A stretch of DNA of 64,000 nt from Basidiobolus meristosporus CBS 931.73. Taxonomy: Eukaryota; Fungi; Basidiobolomycota. The DNA lies in assembly GCA_002104905.1 (NCBI GenBank), contig MCFE01000108.1, positions 104,835 to 168,834 on the forward strand. The letters are read 5' to 3'. Below, piece by piece: positions 27,187 to 41,499 of the stretch. Made by a program: the position numbers and the translations under genes. The notes under the pieces were generated by a model, which made no database searches, was not told the origin of the DNA, and worked only from the letters and a program-made list of their open reading frames with translations. The number at the start of each line of letters is the position of its first letter. Positions within the stretch are counted from its first letter, which is position 1.

Positions 27187-30100
27187 GTGAAAGAAGGATG
27201 ATGATTTGCTATGAGCACATTAATGATAAAACAGGAAGAGCCTGGAAAATCTAATCGAATTTTCACGTGGATTTACCATTGGAACCTCATCAACATAATA
27301 GAGGAATTGGTCTCAAACGGCAGATGCTCTCTGCAGTCTCAAATGATATCAAATGGAGCCGCTTAATTGCAGCAGAAAGACACCATATTCCAAGAACTCG
27401 GGCACTTGCGCCGATACAGGCCCAGATTCACCATTCAAAGGATTTCTCGAGACATCGATAGCGAGATATCTTGACGATGTTGGTGATAGGCTTTTCACAG
27501 CGCAGGCGTACAGCGCAGTGAGGGTACAGATTTAATTTGCCACCGGAGTCGAGGGGACAGCACCGAGGTGACTTCCTTCCCGCAGTAGCCAACTCATTGG
27601 TGGACAGCCAACTCGCGCGGGCAATCAAACCTTCAGATCTTTGATACAGATAGGAATTGGGAGATAAGCTAGCCTGCTGGAGAGCAGTTAGCATTGCTGG
27701 TTCGCTCGGAGGTTAGCAGACGCTGTCAAGCAATCAATCTCATCTTGTTTATTTCTGTGCAACCTATCCTTAGTTACAAAGTTATTTTACCACGGCGGGA
27801 ATAATATCCGATAAGTAACTGCAACCGGATTGCATCGTAATGATCAATAGATAGGAAAATGAAGCACATTTGAGGAGCGAAGATAGGGTGACTTTTGTAT
27901 GAACCCTAACCGAAACCGTCGATTACATGCATATCGCGAGGTCTGGGGGTCGGCTAATCAAGACACGCAAGCCATGGTTCCATCGCTGCTATCCTCCATC
28001 AAGACACACCTGGTGCTCATATCATCAAAGCTGCGCCGGAATACCTACTGCCTCCGGCACAGACTTAGTGTGATGTCAATAGATTGGCCCGCAGTAGCAA
28101 GTCGAACTCGTGTACCACACCTGCGCCCAAAGAAACCTGGCCAAGGCAGTGGCATCCATTGGCTACCCAGTTTCAACCGAGCCAAGCATCAATTTCATAT
28201 ATGGGTAATGGCTTTATTACAAGCGGGTGAGCAGATGTGGCATCTGATGTCTGTAACAAAGCTAAATCGCATGCCCATGGTACAAGGCATATTATTAAGC
28301 ATTTTCATCTTTCGAAGAACGTTCCGGTTGTATAATGAAGTCATACCACCCATTTTTGGCAAAATGCGAGCAAAAGGTTCAACACAATGACAGGTATTCC
28401 CTAGATTTTTGGAAACCAGTATTCGCCCCTACGCCGGATTAATGTCTGTGATCCAGCCACCAGTTACCAATCACTACTCACTGGCGACTCGCTAGTCACT
28501 ACATTGCCATGTTTATACTGGCTGTCCTTGGGCTGAGTGCTGGATTATGAGGTGGGGCGATTGATTGGCTGGCTGGCGCATTGAATGCCTTTTTCCGTAT
28601 ATGTATATATATAGGTATGCCCAGATAATTCAACTTGGCCAGCTGGTTCCCGTTACTACTGGTAGGTGATTTGCGAAGGCCATCCAGAATATCTGTTGCC
28701 TTTTTTAGATTAAGCAGCTCACATCAGTACGGAGGCAATGTAAAGACATCGTATATTAAACATTATGCACTGGGAATTAACTGTAATATTACTGTTGCAG
28801 TAGACTTGTATGTTTGGGGTAGGTTCTGGTTCACATCAACACGCTGAGACTGTGTTCATTGTTGTGGATATACCAAAAGAAATCAGGTTTCCCTCAATTG
28901 TTGAGCACTGACATCAAACCTTGGTTTGTTTTTTTCGGTTTGCTTTCGCCATAAGGGCTTCATTTGCCCAACGCTCGTTTGAGTAGCTGTACCATTATGC
29001 CAGTTCACGCGATAACAGCTGGTGAATTACCCGAATAATCCATTAAAAACCTGTGGTCTGCGATACTGTGACTGACAAGCTTGGTCCCTTCCAACAGGGC
29101 TTCATGGTCAAACCTGTAGATATTCCCAAGTATCACTTTGTCCGTGTGGTGTGAATGCTCAAATAGCAAAAATTACACCGAGGTGACTCTTATCAAAGGG
29201 CACAGAAGCGAACTGTCCTTCAGAAAACTTGCCTTGATTCCCGTAGACATCTCTTCGCTGCCACAGCATCTTGACAAAAGCCAATGCATGGTTAAGTTTG
29301 ATGCATCAACTACTCCCATCCTACCAAAAGGGGCAGGTATTGGATTTGGCTAATAACAAATGTGTTTCATTGAGAAGGCTCTCCACTTGCATCAATACTA
29401 CTGAGCTTGTGCATGAGCATATAAGGCACTATGACTAGAGAGATGTCCTTTATTTACATACTATCAGGCAACTATCTGCTACTAGGAGAGGTTTGTTGTA
29501 TTATTGTTAGCTTTCCAAGGCACCAACTACTCTGGTTTCCAAGTATTCACAATTGGGACGCCATGATATCACACTGACTGCTGATGAATATGTAGTATGA
29601 ACATTCAGAGGGGTGCTACCCCAAACTTGACCAGGGCCCATCAAAAGAATCATGTTCAATATATATATGTTTGTGAATCAAGTGCAGTGACATGACTGAA
29701 TTAGCTCACCTAGCCATCAACTTCCATTAGAAACTACAATCGCTCAATGGCATTTGGGATAATATTTAGTCACTCTGTCTATACTTAACACGTCTGCTCC
29801 GCAGCATCCTGAAGCGTAACCATTGCTTATACAAACTCGTGGAAATTTACAAATCAGTCAGGATCAGATGATTTACGACCAATAGGCCTGCCAAGCAATC
29901 AATGAATACAGGCCCTTCTTTGTAACGGATGCGGCAAGGAAGCTCAATATTGTGAAGGATGTAACAATGCAACGATGATCTTGACAGCACCTGAGGTGTG
30001 GAAAACCTTAATATTAACCCCCTTGGTGTGTTGGAATCCGATAAATGAGAAGTGCTTGCATAACATCCAACCTGCAAGCGAGTCTGAAGACACTGAATGC

Positions 30101-32212
30101 CGATTGGGCAGCCATCATGTGAGCCAACAGATCCACTGATTCACTTGGGGCAATATTTGTCAACCATGAACTACTGCCAGTCAGTGTGGTCAAGGCTTCG
30201 ATGAGTCGAAAATGGAGGGAATGTAGAAGTTTTGCATGAATATATATAAAACGGTCGCCTGCAAGTCTCCATGTAAATATGTGGCAAGCACGCCAAATGG
30301 AGGATTTAGATCCGAAAAAGCCAGGCTTTTCGAGGCGACATTTGAGGATACACAGCTCTATAGTCAGACATACAAATGATCCTGTGCCCCACGAATGCCA
30401 AATGTGCGCCGATTTTGGACTCATCGAAATCCCATGATTTTGCTAATGAGCAATGCGATCATTAGTTGCAATCATGGAACAATGTCAGGAGAATGAAAGC
30501 TTGGTCTCACATCCTGATTCACCAGTCCAGAGCAACCCCAATCCTCCTCAACGCTTTTGGGTTTTATCTGGTAATTGCTCGTCATACCACATATATATAT
30601 ATATGTATGTAGGCTTAGTTGACACAGGTATTCAATCTGGTGCCGAGTTAAACAGGACAAGCAGTGGCTGTATTGTTGCGTGTCTGTCAGCTTCGTGACC
30701 TTGACCCGAGAAAGACGGCTCCTCTGTGATCCATGTTGCAGGTCCCTGATACAATCTAGTGAGCTCTATTGCATTGGCCTGGGGTCGTAGCTCGCAACTG
30801 ACCTACAGGTAATGCTGGGTGATCGCAATGAAAGAGGGTGAGTCAGACGATTACCAACCATCCCAATTGCCCAATGTCACCGCGGTATCCATTCACGTTG
30901 GAATTGGCAGGTGGCTTATTCTCGCTCACCTCTATCGATGGGGATAAGCCCAAGCAGCCAACGTGCTTCTTGTCACACACAATGGACCATGAAAATCTAG
31001 AAGATAGATATGGAAGCGTTGCGAAACCAAGCACTACACGGATCAAATCCACACTGAATACCCACTCGAAGCACTAGACTTGGATTCTTCAGTATCCAAC
31101 TGATTTGGAACTTCGAGTCGGCCCGATCCAGCGAACATGCCTTTCCTTGGTTACTTATTGGTGATTGCGCCTCAGCTCGAGAATTGTGACCACACCAAGA
31201 AGCTAGAGGGATCTCCTCGCTTATTTAGAATCAGATCATATTGCTCGGCCATGTATGCCAATTGGCTGGAGGCCAGGAAAGGACCGCCGAGTTTCCACCC
31301 CAAACACTCGTTGAGAGCTGTGTTCTGACTCATTGCCTTGGTGCCTAATTTGGTCCGAAACTCTAACTATTATGGGAATATTGGTCTCGTATTGACCCAG
31401 GCATTTTGGTCGATGCTGGTTAGAAACGGGGGGATGCGGGTGATTTGAGATTGGATATAATCGCAAATGCCAGGAGAGCAAAAGCGATCATTGCAGCTGA
31501 TCAATGGTGTTCGATGATTTTCGGTTCAAGTGACAGAGGATGGTCAAATGAGATAAGGATGATGAAAATGATGCTCACTTTGAGGGTCTAGTCTTCCTGA
31601 TTCTGGTTAAAGCACCATAATTCTTGAGCAAACCATTGGCACCGCTCCCGTCAGTGATCATTTGGTACCTTTTTTTGAGTAAGCGTATATACAGCCATGA
31701 ATGAATCGGTGGCCTATTCTATACCCAGCACCGCTGGAGTCCCACTTCCGGCAGATGCTCGACATCGTGTTTCACGCCGAACTTGAATCCCTTCTGCCTC
31801 TTGTCACTATTTATACTTCTGGAGTGCGAGGAGTCTCTAGGGTATCGGCTTGAGGCAACCTTGATTGATGAAGGTTTGGCTAACAAATTCCTAGCAAAAC
31901 GGACGGTTGGGAGCCTAACAAATTATCAGTAAGCAGTGGCCTGTATATTTGTATTGGCGCTCATTGTTGCAATGCATCATCGACAGGATAGTACTAATAC
32001 AATTGGGGCTCTTATTGGCCTACCATCAGGTTTAATACTTCGGATCTATACTGGAATATTGAGTTCACGGGCACCCCAAATTCTGACTAAAATATCAGTT
32101 ATCCAATAATCTATGAATCAATAGATCAGGTATTTTATGCCGTATAGTGGTGGCTTCTCAAATCACATTTAGGGTTCGCTGGGATCAAGCACTTATTTTG
32201 TCCAGATGGCTG

Positions 32213-32219
32213 TATAAAA
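32213..32219 (+). promoter_or_regulatory. Candidate TATA box of the cyclin gene
   Basis: TATAAAA about 180 nt upstream of the likely ATG at 32398. Confidence 0.4.
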
Positions 32220-32397
32220 GTCCATTGTGTTCCCTTCACTGCAAAGCTCGTCAGTTCGTCTCGAGCTTGTCAGCAGACCTGATCCCTCTTTTAGCGATTC
32301 CTTGAAGATTGTCTTTACGTTTTCCTTGTCATTTAATTCACTTGCCTTGGCAGCAACTTCTCTTCCTTCTAATTGCTCCCCCCTCATCGAATCAAGT

Positions 32398-33291
32398 ATG
32401 TTGACATACCAGGCTTCCCAACATATGCAGCCCCATCTCTTGGCCTCGCAACTGGCGTACTACGGGCAAGCTCCCATTCAGTATTTCCCTGCCTCATACT
32501 ACTCCTATCAATCCTACCAGAAGAGCCAGGAAAATTCTTTGAACAATCGTTCTGCTGCTGATTTTGCGGACTTTGTTTCCCAAGCTGCTGTGCAAATTTG
32601 GATTGGGGAAACCGAAGCTTCATTCCCAGCCCCTGTCACCTTGGCCAAAGTCCCAGAAACCTTTAAACACTACACCAGACACACTCTAAAAGCCATTCAA
32701 CTCTCTAATTCTGTCTCACTGATCGCTCTGAAGTATGTGGAACGTCTACGGAGATCGTGCGTGACCTTAAAGACTTCGCTCTCCTCTAAACCTCAAAACA
32801 TCCTTGCTATTGCCCTGATACTGGCTGCGAAGTATCTTGATGACTCGACCTATACGAGTAAGACATGGTCGGATCTGCTATCAATTCCATTATCAGAATT
32901 GAACGCCATGGAGTTCGAGTTTCTTGATGCCATCAGTTACAACATACACGTTTCGGACAAGGAGTATTTGGATTGGCTCCAGAGTCTCATCCGGTTACAC
33001 GTACAGCAGCCAAGCAGCCTTGGGCAATATTCCGGCTTTCACCCAGACCAGAACCCTATCGCAAGCGAGAAACGTAAGCTTGAGGTGTCTATCAGTTCGA
33101 TAGCGAACTGGGAGTACATGTACAGTTGCTACCATTACCAGCCCCTTATGGTCCAATGGTATCATCATCCATCGAAGCCCAGGGCCGCCTACAGCCCCGA
33201 GTATTACATGTACGAGAGCGGTGGGTCCTATCCATACCATGGAAATGCCCACAACTACTCAATGCATGCCTGTAGTTACGGCTACGTCTAG
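32398..33291 (+). CDS. Pho85-type (Pcl/Clg1-like) cyclin, about 297 aa; the ORF is open from 32227
   Basis: Cyclin box SVSLIALKYVERLR...ILAIALILAAKYLDDSTYTSKTWSDLLSIPLSELNAMEFEFLDAISYNIHVS, with Tyr/Ser/Gln-rich flanks. Intronless. Confidence 0.9.
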   Translation: MLTYQASQHMQPHLLASQLAYYGQAPIQYFPASYYSYQSYQKSQENSLNNRSAADFADFVSQAAVQIWIGETEASFPAPVTLAKVPETFKHYTRHTLKAIQLSNSVSLIALKYVERLRRSCVTLKTSLSSKPQNILAIALILAAKYLDDSTYTSKTWSDLLSIPLSELNAMEFEFLDAISYNIHVSDKEYLDWLQSLIRLHVQQPSSLGQYSGFHPDQNPIASEKRKLEVSISSIANWEYMYSCYHYQPLMVQWYHHPSKPRAAYSPEYYMYESGGSYPYHGNAHNYSMHACSYGYV

Positions 33292-36200
33292 CCTGCTACG
33301 CCTCTTGCCAACCATTGCTTTCGACCATCTCTCCTTATTATGTGCCATTCCAGATCTGCTTTATGCATAGTATACATACATCTAGTCCGCCCATTATTTT
33401 TATATTTACCTTCTTGACCTCTTGTTTCTCTGGCCATCATCCCGCCGATATGTGCATTACATTTTGCACGTTATTCATATATTTCCTATCATGAGTTGTA
33501 TAATTCCTTCCAATATTATTAGATTAGATTCGTCTTTAGTTTCTTCACCATTAGTTAGCCTCCAGGCTCGTATAAATCCATTTTCTGCATTTTTGAATTC
33601 CATCTCTATGATCATTCCCTCCACTTATTGCATATTTAAATTCCTTTTCTACGCTCATATATGTTATCACTCCTACGCAGGGTTGCTGGCTATCTTTACC
33701 TATTAGTGAAATGAATTCCCCCGAAATCGACTTAACGTCTATGACAAGCGACCGAATCTCGCTGGCCTACACCGTATGAGCGTAGATCAGAAGCGAGCCT
33801 CGGTCGCTCTGTAAATAGAAAAAAAAAGGAAATAAAGCAGTTTACGAAACCACTTTGGAAGCACCTTCCACCCGCTTGTACATCTCGCCGCTCGCCTGGT
33901 GCATTCGCATGAATCCGCGCACATGATCCAGCACCCTTCACGCCATCCGCCAGGCGACCATATTGGATGAAGAGGGGGGGGGGATTTCCGGATCCCTGAC
34001 AAATCCCGCGACTTCGGAGGTCGCGCCTTACGGGTTTTCCAATTGCTGGGATGGACATCCGTTCTGTAGCAGATCCATTTTACCGAAACCGCCGGGAAAA
34101 CAAGAGCTAGTCACCACCAACCCATGGTGGACGATTCTGTGGCAGTGCACCGAGTGGAGTGAGACCAATGTAGGACCGATGTAACATGAGGGCCAGCATC
34201 CAGCTGGGAATCGAGCGATGCATATGGCAAGCGCATTGGATGCAGCAGCAGCGTTGGAACCAACCTGTTTGTTGTCCGTTACCTGAGAACGGTGTACAGC
34301 CCACGATGAGTGGATTAGGCTCCTTTTCGATGGTTGAGAAGTGTTTCATCACAAACAGCAGAATGTTCGGAGCATGATGATTCGATCTTGACTGGAATTA
34401 TGTTGATCGCTGGGGGGGGGATCGTGTATGTCATGAGTAAGGGGCCCGGATGACTGCTCATATTCTGAGATGGGGATGGGTCATCCTTATGAACCATATA
34501 TACGTATTAGACATGCATCTGTCGTGCGTTGACTGATGGAGTATTCATTACTCTGATGCATGGCAGATATTTGATCATGGCCACTTTGTGCTACACGTTT
34601 GGTAACTGTAGCCGCAATCATCGCCATTGCAATCACCGTTGCTGTGCCAGTTGCTGGATGGTTTGACACGGAGGCGGTTCTGATAGGCGGCCAGGCGCCT
34701 CATGATGCATGCGTCTATGCCTGGTGACATTGGGTTTGATCCATTAGCGAGACAAACGATTGATTTCGATGTCTATCGTGTATGGGGTGGGCTCCCAGTT
34801 GCTTCGACAGCCAAGTCGGACCACGTTGGCGGTATTCGGGTATCCGTTACCATGGGTGCATGGCGAGCTGGCTATATAGGTTCCCGTTGCACAACTGGTA
34901 TCTCGCTCAAGGTATATAAGCACAGGCACAGGCACAGACACAGGTACCGGCACACCTCACCAAATACATTATGGTTTGCTTCCAACCATACGCCCAGTTT
35001 CGAATATTCCAGATCCGCAACATTCACTGCATCCTGTCTGTGGATAGGGAGTATACATGCTGGTGGTTGACGACATTGGCCCCATATGGATGGGTATCGC
35101 CGTTCCTAGGTCTGAGGCAACCCATTTGGTAATCCATCGTACCATCGGGCCGCTGTTAGTACCGCTTCTGGGTCACTGATGAGTTCCCGTCGTTTGGCCT
35201 TGGAGGCAAACCAACTGCATACCAAATCCACTGTCCAAGTCAAGTTGCCATTCAGGCCATTTTCCAGACTGCTGCATGATGTATGCAGTGGTGTGACTCC
35301 ATCCAGATGGTGTTTTACTGGATGATCTTGGCCCCATTCGAGTCCTGGCGAGTTTTATCCTGCCTCTGGTATCCACCGAAGTTTCTGCTAAGGTTGCTGA
35401 CTGAGGTCTGGAGCAAATTCCCATGTGATGCAGTGGTGATAGTGAGTTTACTCCCCGAGACTTCCATGGACAAGTCATGCTTCATTTAGGCTGGCTCGCT
35501 TGTAAATACCGAATACGAATGGTGTGCGAGGATGCCTCCATTGATGCTGGGTAGGTACCCTGTTAATACTTCGATTGACCCACATCTCTTTGAACATCCA
35601 GACTCCACAAGAGCCGTTCAGATAACCAGCTCTGCTAGATGAACGAGCGGCTACTGTAAATAGGACGGACTTGCCATTACCGGAAGATTTGGTGTTGGTG
35701 GTAGTGGCACTTCAACATCCAAACTTATCCCCACTCTCCAGAGAAATGAGGTTCGGTTGAAATCTATCATGAGCGCATGTTCCCTTACAGTTATCACTCA
35801 GCCCATGATAGCTAGTCTTTTCATATATGCTACCTGCCCATTGAGGGAACTCTCCAGAAGACGAAGTGGACTATCAGGCACATCAGTATTAGCTCAGGCA
35901 TAGACGCTGCTACTGTTCTCACCAATTCCTAATACCAGGGCTGGGTAAGTATCCCAGAATGGAATATGGGATTTGTATCAATGGTTTTCAAAGTCTCGAT
36001 ACATGTCAAAATAAGGGAACTCCACTGAATAGTCAAAAAGTCTCTCCCATTTGGAATCTAGAATCATCAGCTATTCTCAAGGAGTCAGTGAAATAATACC
36101 CAACAACATAAAATTAGAGACCTACAGGCCAGTCAGTGTTTATGGGAATCCAATTTTATAGATTATCCTTTATGGGAGAATGAAAACTCCTTTGCAAAAC

Positions 36201-37309
36201 TGGCATCAAAGTATTAGAGAAAGCCTTTCTGCAACATTATCATCTAACTTTTGCAAAGTTTGTGTAAAGCATTATCAGAAACTTTGAACTTGATTTCTTG
36301 ACATATAATCACCCCTACTCCCTATCTTAGATGGCCCTAGGCTGGACCTAGGTCTAATCTCTGCTGATTTGCACAAGCCTTTCTAGTAGTACTTGTTGAT
36401 ATATTGATTTGTAGCCTGGAAGTTATCTCTCTGGCTCAGTGTAGTATTCCTGCCTCATACAAAGCACCCAAAGAAAGCAAAATGTGTTGTTACATCCATC
36501 TGCACAAATGTCAGAGAAAAGCTGCTAATTCCATGCGCATATGTTAAAACAATATAGAATGCTAGGTAGGCCTTCAAGGAAATGCAGCGGTCATGTTCAG
36601 CTGCAAAGAAGATGTTCTTGATTCTCTGCATGTTCTGTGAGATGAAATGAAGAACTTATTCAGCAGGTAAATCATATCTGGTCATGATAAGAAAAATGCT
36701 GGAGTGCAAGCTACCAGTAATATTTTTGAGTAGCTTCAGAGCCTTATATCAACTCTAGAGTCTAGTGCTGAGGATCTAGCTCATGATTATTTTTATGGAG
36801 ATCTCATTGATAAGGGATTAGCAACATCAAGTCCTTGTTATCTGTAAGAAAAAAATCAAGAAAAGGCTAGCTGCATAATATCTTAATATCAACTGAATTC
36901 TAATTTTTCAAAATTGACAACTCTAACCATGTCACATGCTAACTATTTGGCAGACAAGGCACCATATTTGCCAGCAGGAGGGTAGGCCCACTAGTGCTCA
37001 TAGCAACTTTGGTAATCAGCTGCTCATTGCCTCTGCTAAAAATTATAACTGAAAATTTTAAGGAAAAGCACCAGCTTAATACCAGCAAAGCACTGTTAGA
37101 ATACCCACAAAATGCTCACTGAGAATCTGATGAGCTCCCAGTTTGAGATAATTTGTAGGGAGGGTTGGAGACTGAGATATAGCCTAGTTTCACAATGGTG
37201 GATTCTTAGATTTATGCCCAAATCCATAAACCAAAAGTAAACTTGAATAGCTTTGATCACAATTATGTCTAGTTCCTATGGGCATTGAGTTCAGTGGCAG
37301 TATTGTAAG

Positions 37310-37640
37310 TATTTGTAGTTATACCTTAATACTCACCTAACATAGCTACCTGGATCATTGTCTAAAGATTATAGGGATTTTGGGCAAAGCTCCTTTTTGG
37401 GATTTACCTAGAGTATTTTCACCTAAATGTCAGATTTGCAGACCATCAAGTATCCCAAAGTTGTCCAAACCGCTCTAAGCTTTGCCTGCATGTACCTGGG
37501 ACTGTTCTCAGCATACTCCATAGGCTTACTTTGCCAAGACTATATAAAATTATAAATACTGTATAAATGCCACTTGTACATGCTCCTAGCAAAATAAACA
37601 TGTAGACTATATTTAAGAAGGTCTTAGAACCCCTAAAAGT
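37310..37640 (+). repeat. Degenerate solo LTR of the Copia family, opposite orientation
   Basis: Aligns by eye to the reverse complement of 8684-9032 (e.g. GGGATTT..AGTATTTTCACC and TGCCAAGACTATATAAAATTATAAATAC). Confidence 0.65.
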
Positions 37641-37899
37641 AAAATAAACAAAAGTCAAGCAGAATTCCATGACAATCTCAGCAGAGTTCTAGCTTTCCCA
37701 AAAGTAAAAACTCTCAATATCTCAGGTACTAGCTTCATGGAAGAGAAGCACACATCCTTTTCAGAGGGAAGCTGAATCAACTAGCACTCATATGTAAATT
37801 GGTAATCTGCAGCTCATTGCTTCCACCAAAGTTGCAGGTGAAAGTTTGAAGCAGAAGTACTAGCAGGTACCAGCTAAGAATCTAATGAGTTTCAATGCT

Positions 37900-38070
37900 G
37901 AGACTTTTCATAGGGTTCAAGTGTGCAAAGTTTGGGGCTGTTTCAGCAACTTTAGGAAATCTCATGTTTTAACAAGGAATTTGGTCAGAATTCTCTTAGA
38001 TTGGTAGATAATGATCAAAATGCTCAGGTTAAGTAATGTTTAGGTATAGTTACAAAGTTTACAGTAGTAC
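37900..38070 (-). repeat. Partial Copia-family LTR
   Basis: GTGTGCAAAGTTTTGGGGCTGTTT...AAGGAATTTGGTCAG matches the middle of the LTR. Confidence 0.6.
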
Positions 38071-38199
38071 ATACTCTGTTTACACCTAAGCCAATCAATT
38101 AATATGGGAGTTATCTTGACTTACTGCTAAGTAACAAAATATCTAATCTCAATTTAGTTTATACAACATTAGACTTGTTACATTGGATAGTGCTACATT

Positions 38200-38600
38200 G
38201 AGTCATGAGTGCCCAATAGTGCCATAGTAAGCCAGAGAGGCATAGCAGAAGTATAATTGGCCATACAATGTGGAAGATAATTCTACATGTTCATGCAGAG
38301 AAGCTCCTGTGTTTCACCCATTGTGCTGAAGACACTTCATATTTTGACCTTTAGTTTGGGATCAGTGTTGTGCATGCTGTGCAAGAGCACAGAAGAATGG
38401 AAGACATGCATTGAATACTTAATACACATGGCACTCTGAATCTGGCTGCAGAGGTGTGTAACTTATCACAAAAATGCATGGCATTAGCTTGGTCCACAGG
38501 TACTGTCTGGTGCATACTTAAATATTAGCCCTTAAGTAAGTCCTACACAAAGCACTTACAGTGCCAGATAGTACCAGTGGACTAATGTGGTGCCATAGGT
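38200..38600. repeat. TGGCAC/GTGCCA-rich fold-back repeat (copy 1)
   Basis: Imperfect inverted arms at 38478-38513 and 38561-38596; homologous to about 40400-40790. Confidence 0.55.
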
Positions 38601-39476
38601 ATTGAGTACCAAATGCTTGTCTTCTGTTCTTCTCTGCCCTTACAGATCATGCACAACATTGATGCCAAAATAAAGGTTAAAAAATGGATTTCCTTCACCA
38701 CAGTGGATGAGAGACAGCAGCTGCTTTACAAGAGGTTGTAGAACTACATTTTGTGGGTTATTACTGACTGTACTTGGTGAGTGGGAGAGCTTGTAGGTCA
38801 AGTCAGTACCACTTGGTTCAGAATAGCTTCCGATAGAAGGTAGCAAGGTAATAAAGACTTCTGTTTATTTCGTCCAAATCTCGTTGTTCTTCCTGGTTCA
38901 TTTGGGTAGATATATATATCACTTGGGGGGGGGCTTAGACAATAGACAATGTGTTATAAAATAGGGGTGTGAACACCTTCCTGTTATGGTAAGTGTTCTA
39001 ACTAGATAAGGGCAGGGATAGGAGGGGAGGACACGTGGGGGAATCATAGGGAGGGTACTGGAGGACTTTGGGTAGGACTCTGGAGGGAACTCTTGGGAGA
39101 ACTCTTGGGCAAAGAGTGGGTACTACATTGAGTACTCACACATTTCACACTCTTCAATCAAGTGTAGGTCCACTTGGTCTCTCCTGCTCACTTTGGCACT
39201 CTTTGGCATTTGTGGATTGATATGACACTATCCAGCAGAGCCAGTCTATTAGCTAATATGAACATGCAATAAAGCACTGGAAGCTGTCAGGGCATTTAGA
39301 CTTGTGCAATAGACCCCAATATTTGCATATCATGCTCTATACCTTTCTTGAGGTAACTATAATATTGGCCTACAGTAGTATAAATAAACCTGGGTACTCA
39401 ATATTGATACAATTAAGTATCAGAAACTTACTGTAGTTCTCTAACTGAATTTCAATACTTCCTAGAATCCAGCAGT

Positions 39477-40086
39477 ACAGACCATCCACCAGTATCTGCA
39501 GAAGAATAATCTCCAGCTTTCCCTTGCAAAGACAGTATCTGTGGGTTCTCCTATCAACCTGGAGCACTCTACTCTACCTGCTCAAGTCTCTGCTACATAT
39601 CTTGGCTTTCCTTTCCTTGCCACTGGACTAGACTCAGGAGCACACTTGAAGACAAGAGTCATCCTGACAAGACAGGCTCTCCACAAGCTACTGGCTGTTA
39701 CTCCTCCTACAACTTTAGCTCCCAGCTGCCTTCTTCTACTCAGGTGGTTTGTCTTTCCTGTCATGGAATTTGGCTTACCACTTCTCTCTCTTGCTTCTAG
39801 AGACTGGATTAAACTTGACAGGTTTGCAGTCCAGTGCATTACCTCCCTGGTCCCTCATCTGCCTGAATGCCTCTACAAACATGCAATTTCTGGTGCTTTT
39901 GGGTTTATGCCCTATAAGATCAGACTTCTCTACCTTAGAACCAAAATTTACCTCAAACTTCAGTACTGTAACAATTTATCAGTCAAGGCCTAGAAGAGCA
40001 CTTACTACACTATCCCTGGCTCCTGCGGCAGTACCATACTTGGAGATTCAGATTTAAAAAGCTTGCTATTTATGTCATGCAGTCAT
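39477..40086 (+). mobile_element. Decayed internal fragment of the same LINE family as 61575-64000
   Basis: GSPINLEHSTLPAQVSATYLGFPFLATGLDSGAHLK...GAFGFMPYKIRLLYLRT is near-collinear with the post-RT region of the 61629 ORF. Both ends are missing. Confidence 0.92.
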
Positions 40087-40399
40087 CCTGGAGGAATGGC
40101 ATACTGCATGTCACAAAAAGAATAGTATTTGGGCACCTGGCACCCCATGGAACTTCTTAACACCATTTGTACTCTATGGTGCAGCCCAATGGGGCAAATC
40201 AAATGACTGCCTAGATGGGATTTTGTTAAATCTTAACTTCACATAGGTAAACTATTTAATAAGCAAGACTGTAGCAAGCCAGCATGAAGATCACAAGCCA
40301 GGTAACATACCTGCATTACATCAATCAACATTATATATATGCCCTATGGACAAGAATACTGTGATCAAGTAGCTCAGGAGAAGGCAAAAGAAGCCATGT

Positions 40400-40790
40400 G
40401 GTTATTGTAACAAGTTTATTAGCAACATAGTAGACTTGTTCTGTTAGGTAGTGCCACATTAAGCCATGAGTGCCAAATGGTGCCTTGGTGTGCCAGAGAG
40501 GCATAACAGCTCCATTCTTGGCCACAAACTGTGAAACAAAGTCTTAATGCACAAAACAACTGAAGACATGCATTTGGTGCTTCACACCCATTGCACTCTA
40601 AACTTAGCTGCAGGGGCTTGTAACATGTCACAAAAATGTATGGCACTATCTTGGCCCACTGGTACTATTTGGCACTCTAAGTACTAGGTATGGGCTTTAA
40701 AGGTTAATGTTTGTATATAGTGCCACTTAGCACCAGTAAATCAAAATATTGCCATACATTTTTGTGACAAGTTGTAAACATCTGCAGTTA
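40400..40790. repeat. TGGCAC/GTGCCA-rich fold-back repeat (copy 2)
   Basis: CACAAAAATGTATGGCA (about 40630) and TGCCATACATTTTTGTG (about 40751) are exact inverted repeats within longer imperfect arms. Confidence 0.6.
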
Positions 40791-41499
40791 AACAGGAGCT
40801 ATGTCATATGAAGATGTAGGACTATGCTTTACAGTCTGTTGTTGGGTATAGGTATACTCTATCTCTTTTGCACACTATGGCACTAGTAGGTACTTTTGAC
40901 TTAATTTGGCAATTTTCAATGTAACAGTTCTAATGGATAAACAGCTTAGCAAATATTTTGAATAAAATAACCAATGCACTTTCACACAAGTGCAGCTTTA
41001 GCTGCACAGCACAATTTTGTAGGTACTGTAGTTACTGGTGTTAGTTTATCCCTATAAGAACTTCAAGCTTGGAATTTATCTGATATATAGCTAGTACCCC
41101 TATGCAAGCTAATTTGGTCCTGCAGGTGGATCCAATTCAGACCAGCTGTCAAGATCCTACAATGAGGCCATCATAATGCCAGCAGCTTGGAATTATTGAC
41201 CCTATTTATAATATTATGTCAGGATTGTGATGGTGTTGTGCTGATTATACTGCTGAATAGATAGGTAAACTTGACAGTGTTTAGGCAGTCATTTAATGGG
41301 ATTTAAATGGCATTGTGATATTCTTTTGAGGCATACATGTATCTGAGCAGACCCAACTAGCCAGTGCATGCTAATGCTGTGTATGGAAAAAAACTTGACA
41401 GTATTTTGACAATTTTTTAACAGCCTTGATCCAGACATCTATTGGCATTATAATGGCAGTATGGCAGCCTACAGCTACTACTGTATATTGCTACCATAT

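Noticed and set aside
32168-32176. Isolated TTTAGGGTT upstream of the cyclin gene as an interstitial telomere
   Set aside because: A single unit with no associated element ends.
34915-34955. CAGGCA-type microsatellite encoding HRHRHR in ORF 34702..35070
   Set aside because: A simple repeat; the ORF has no recognisable protein features.
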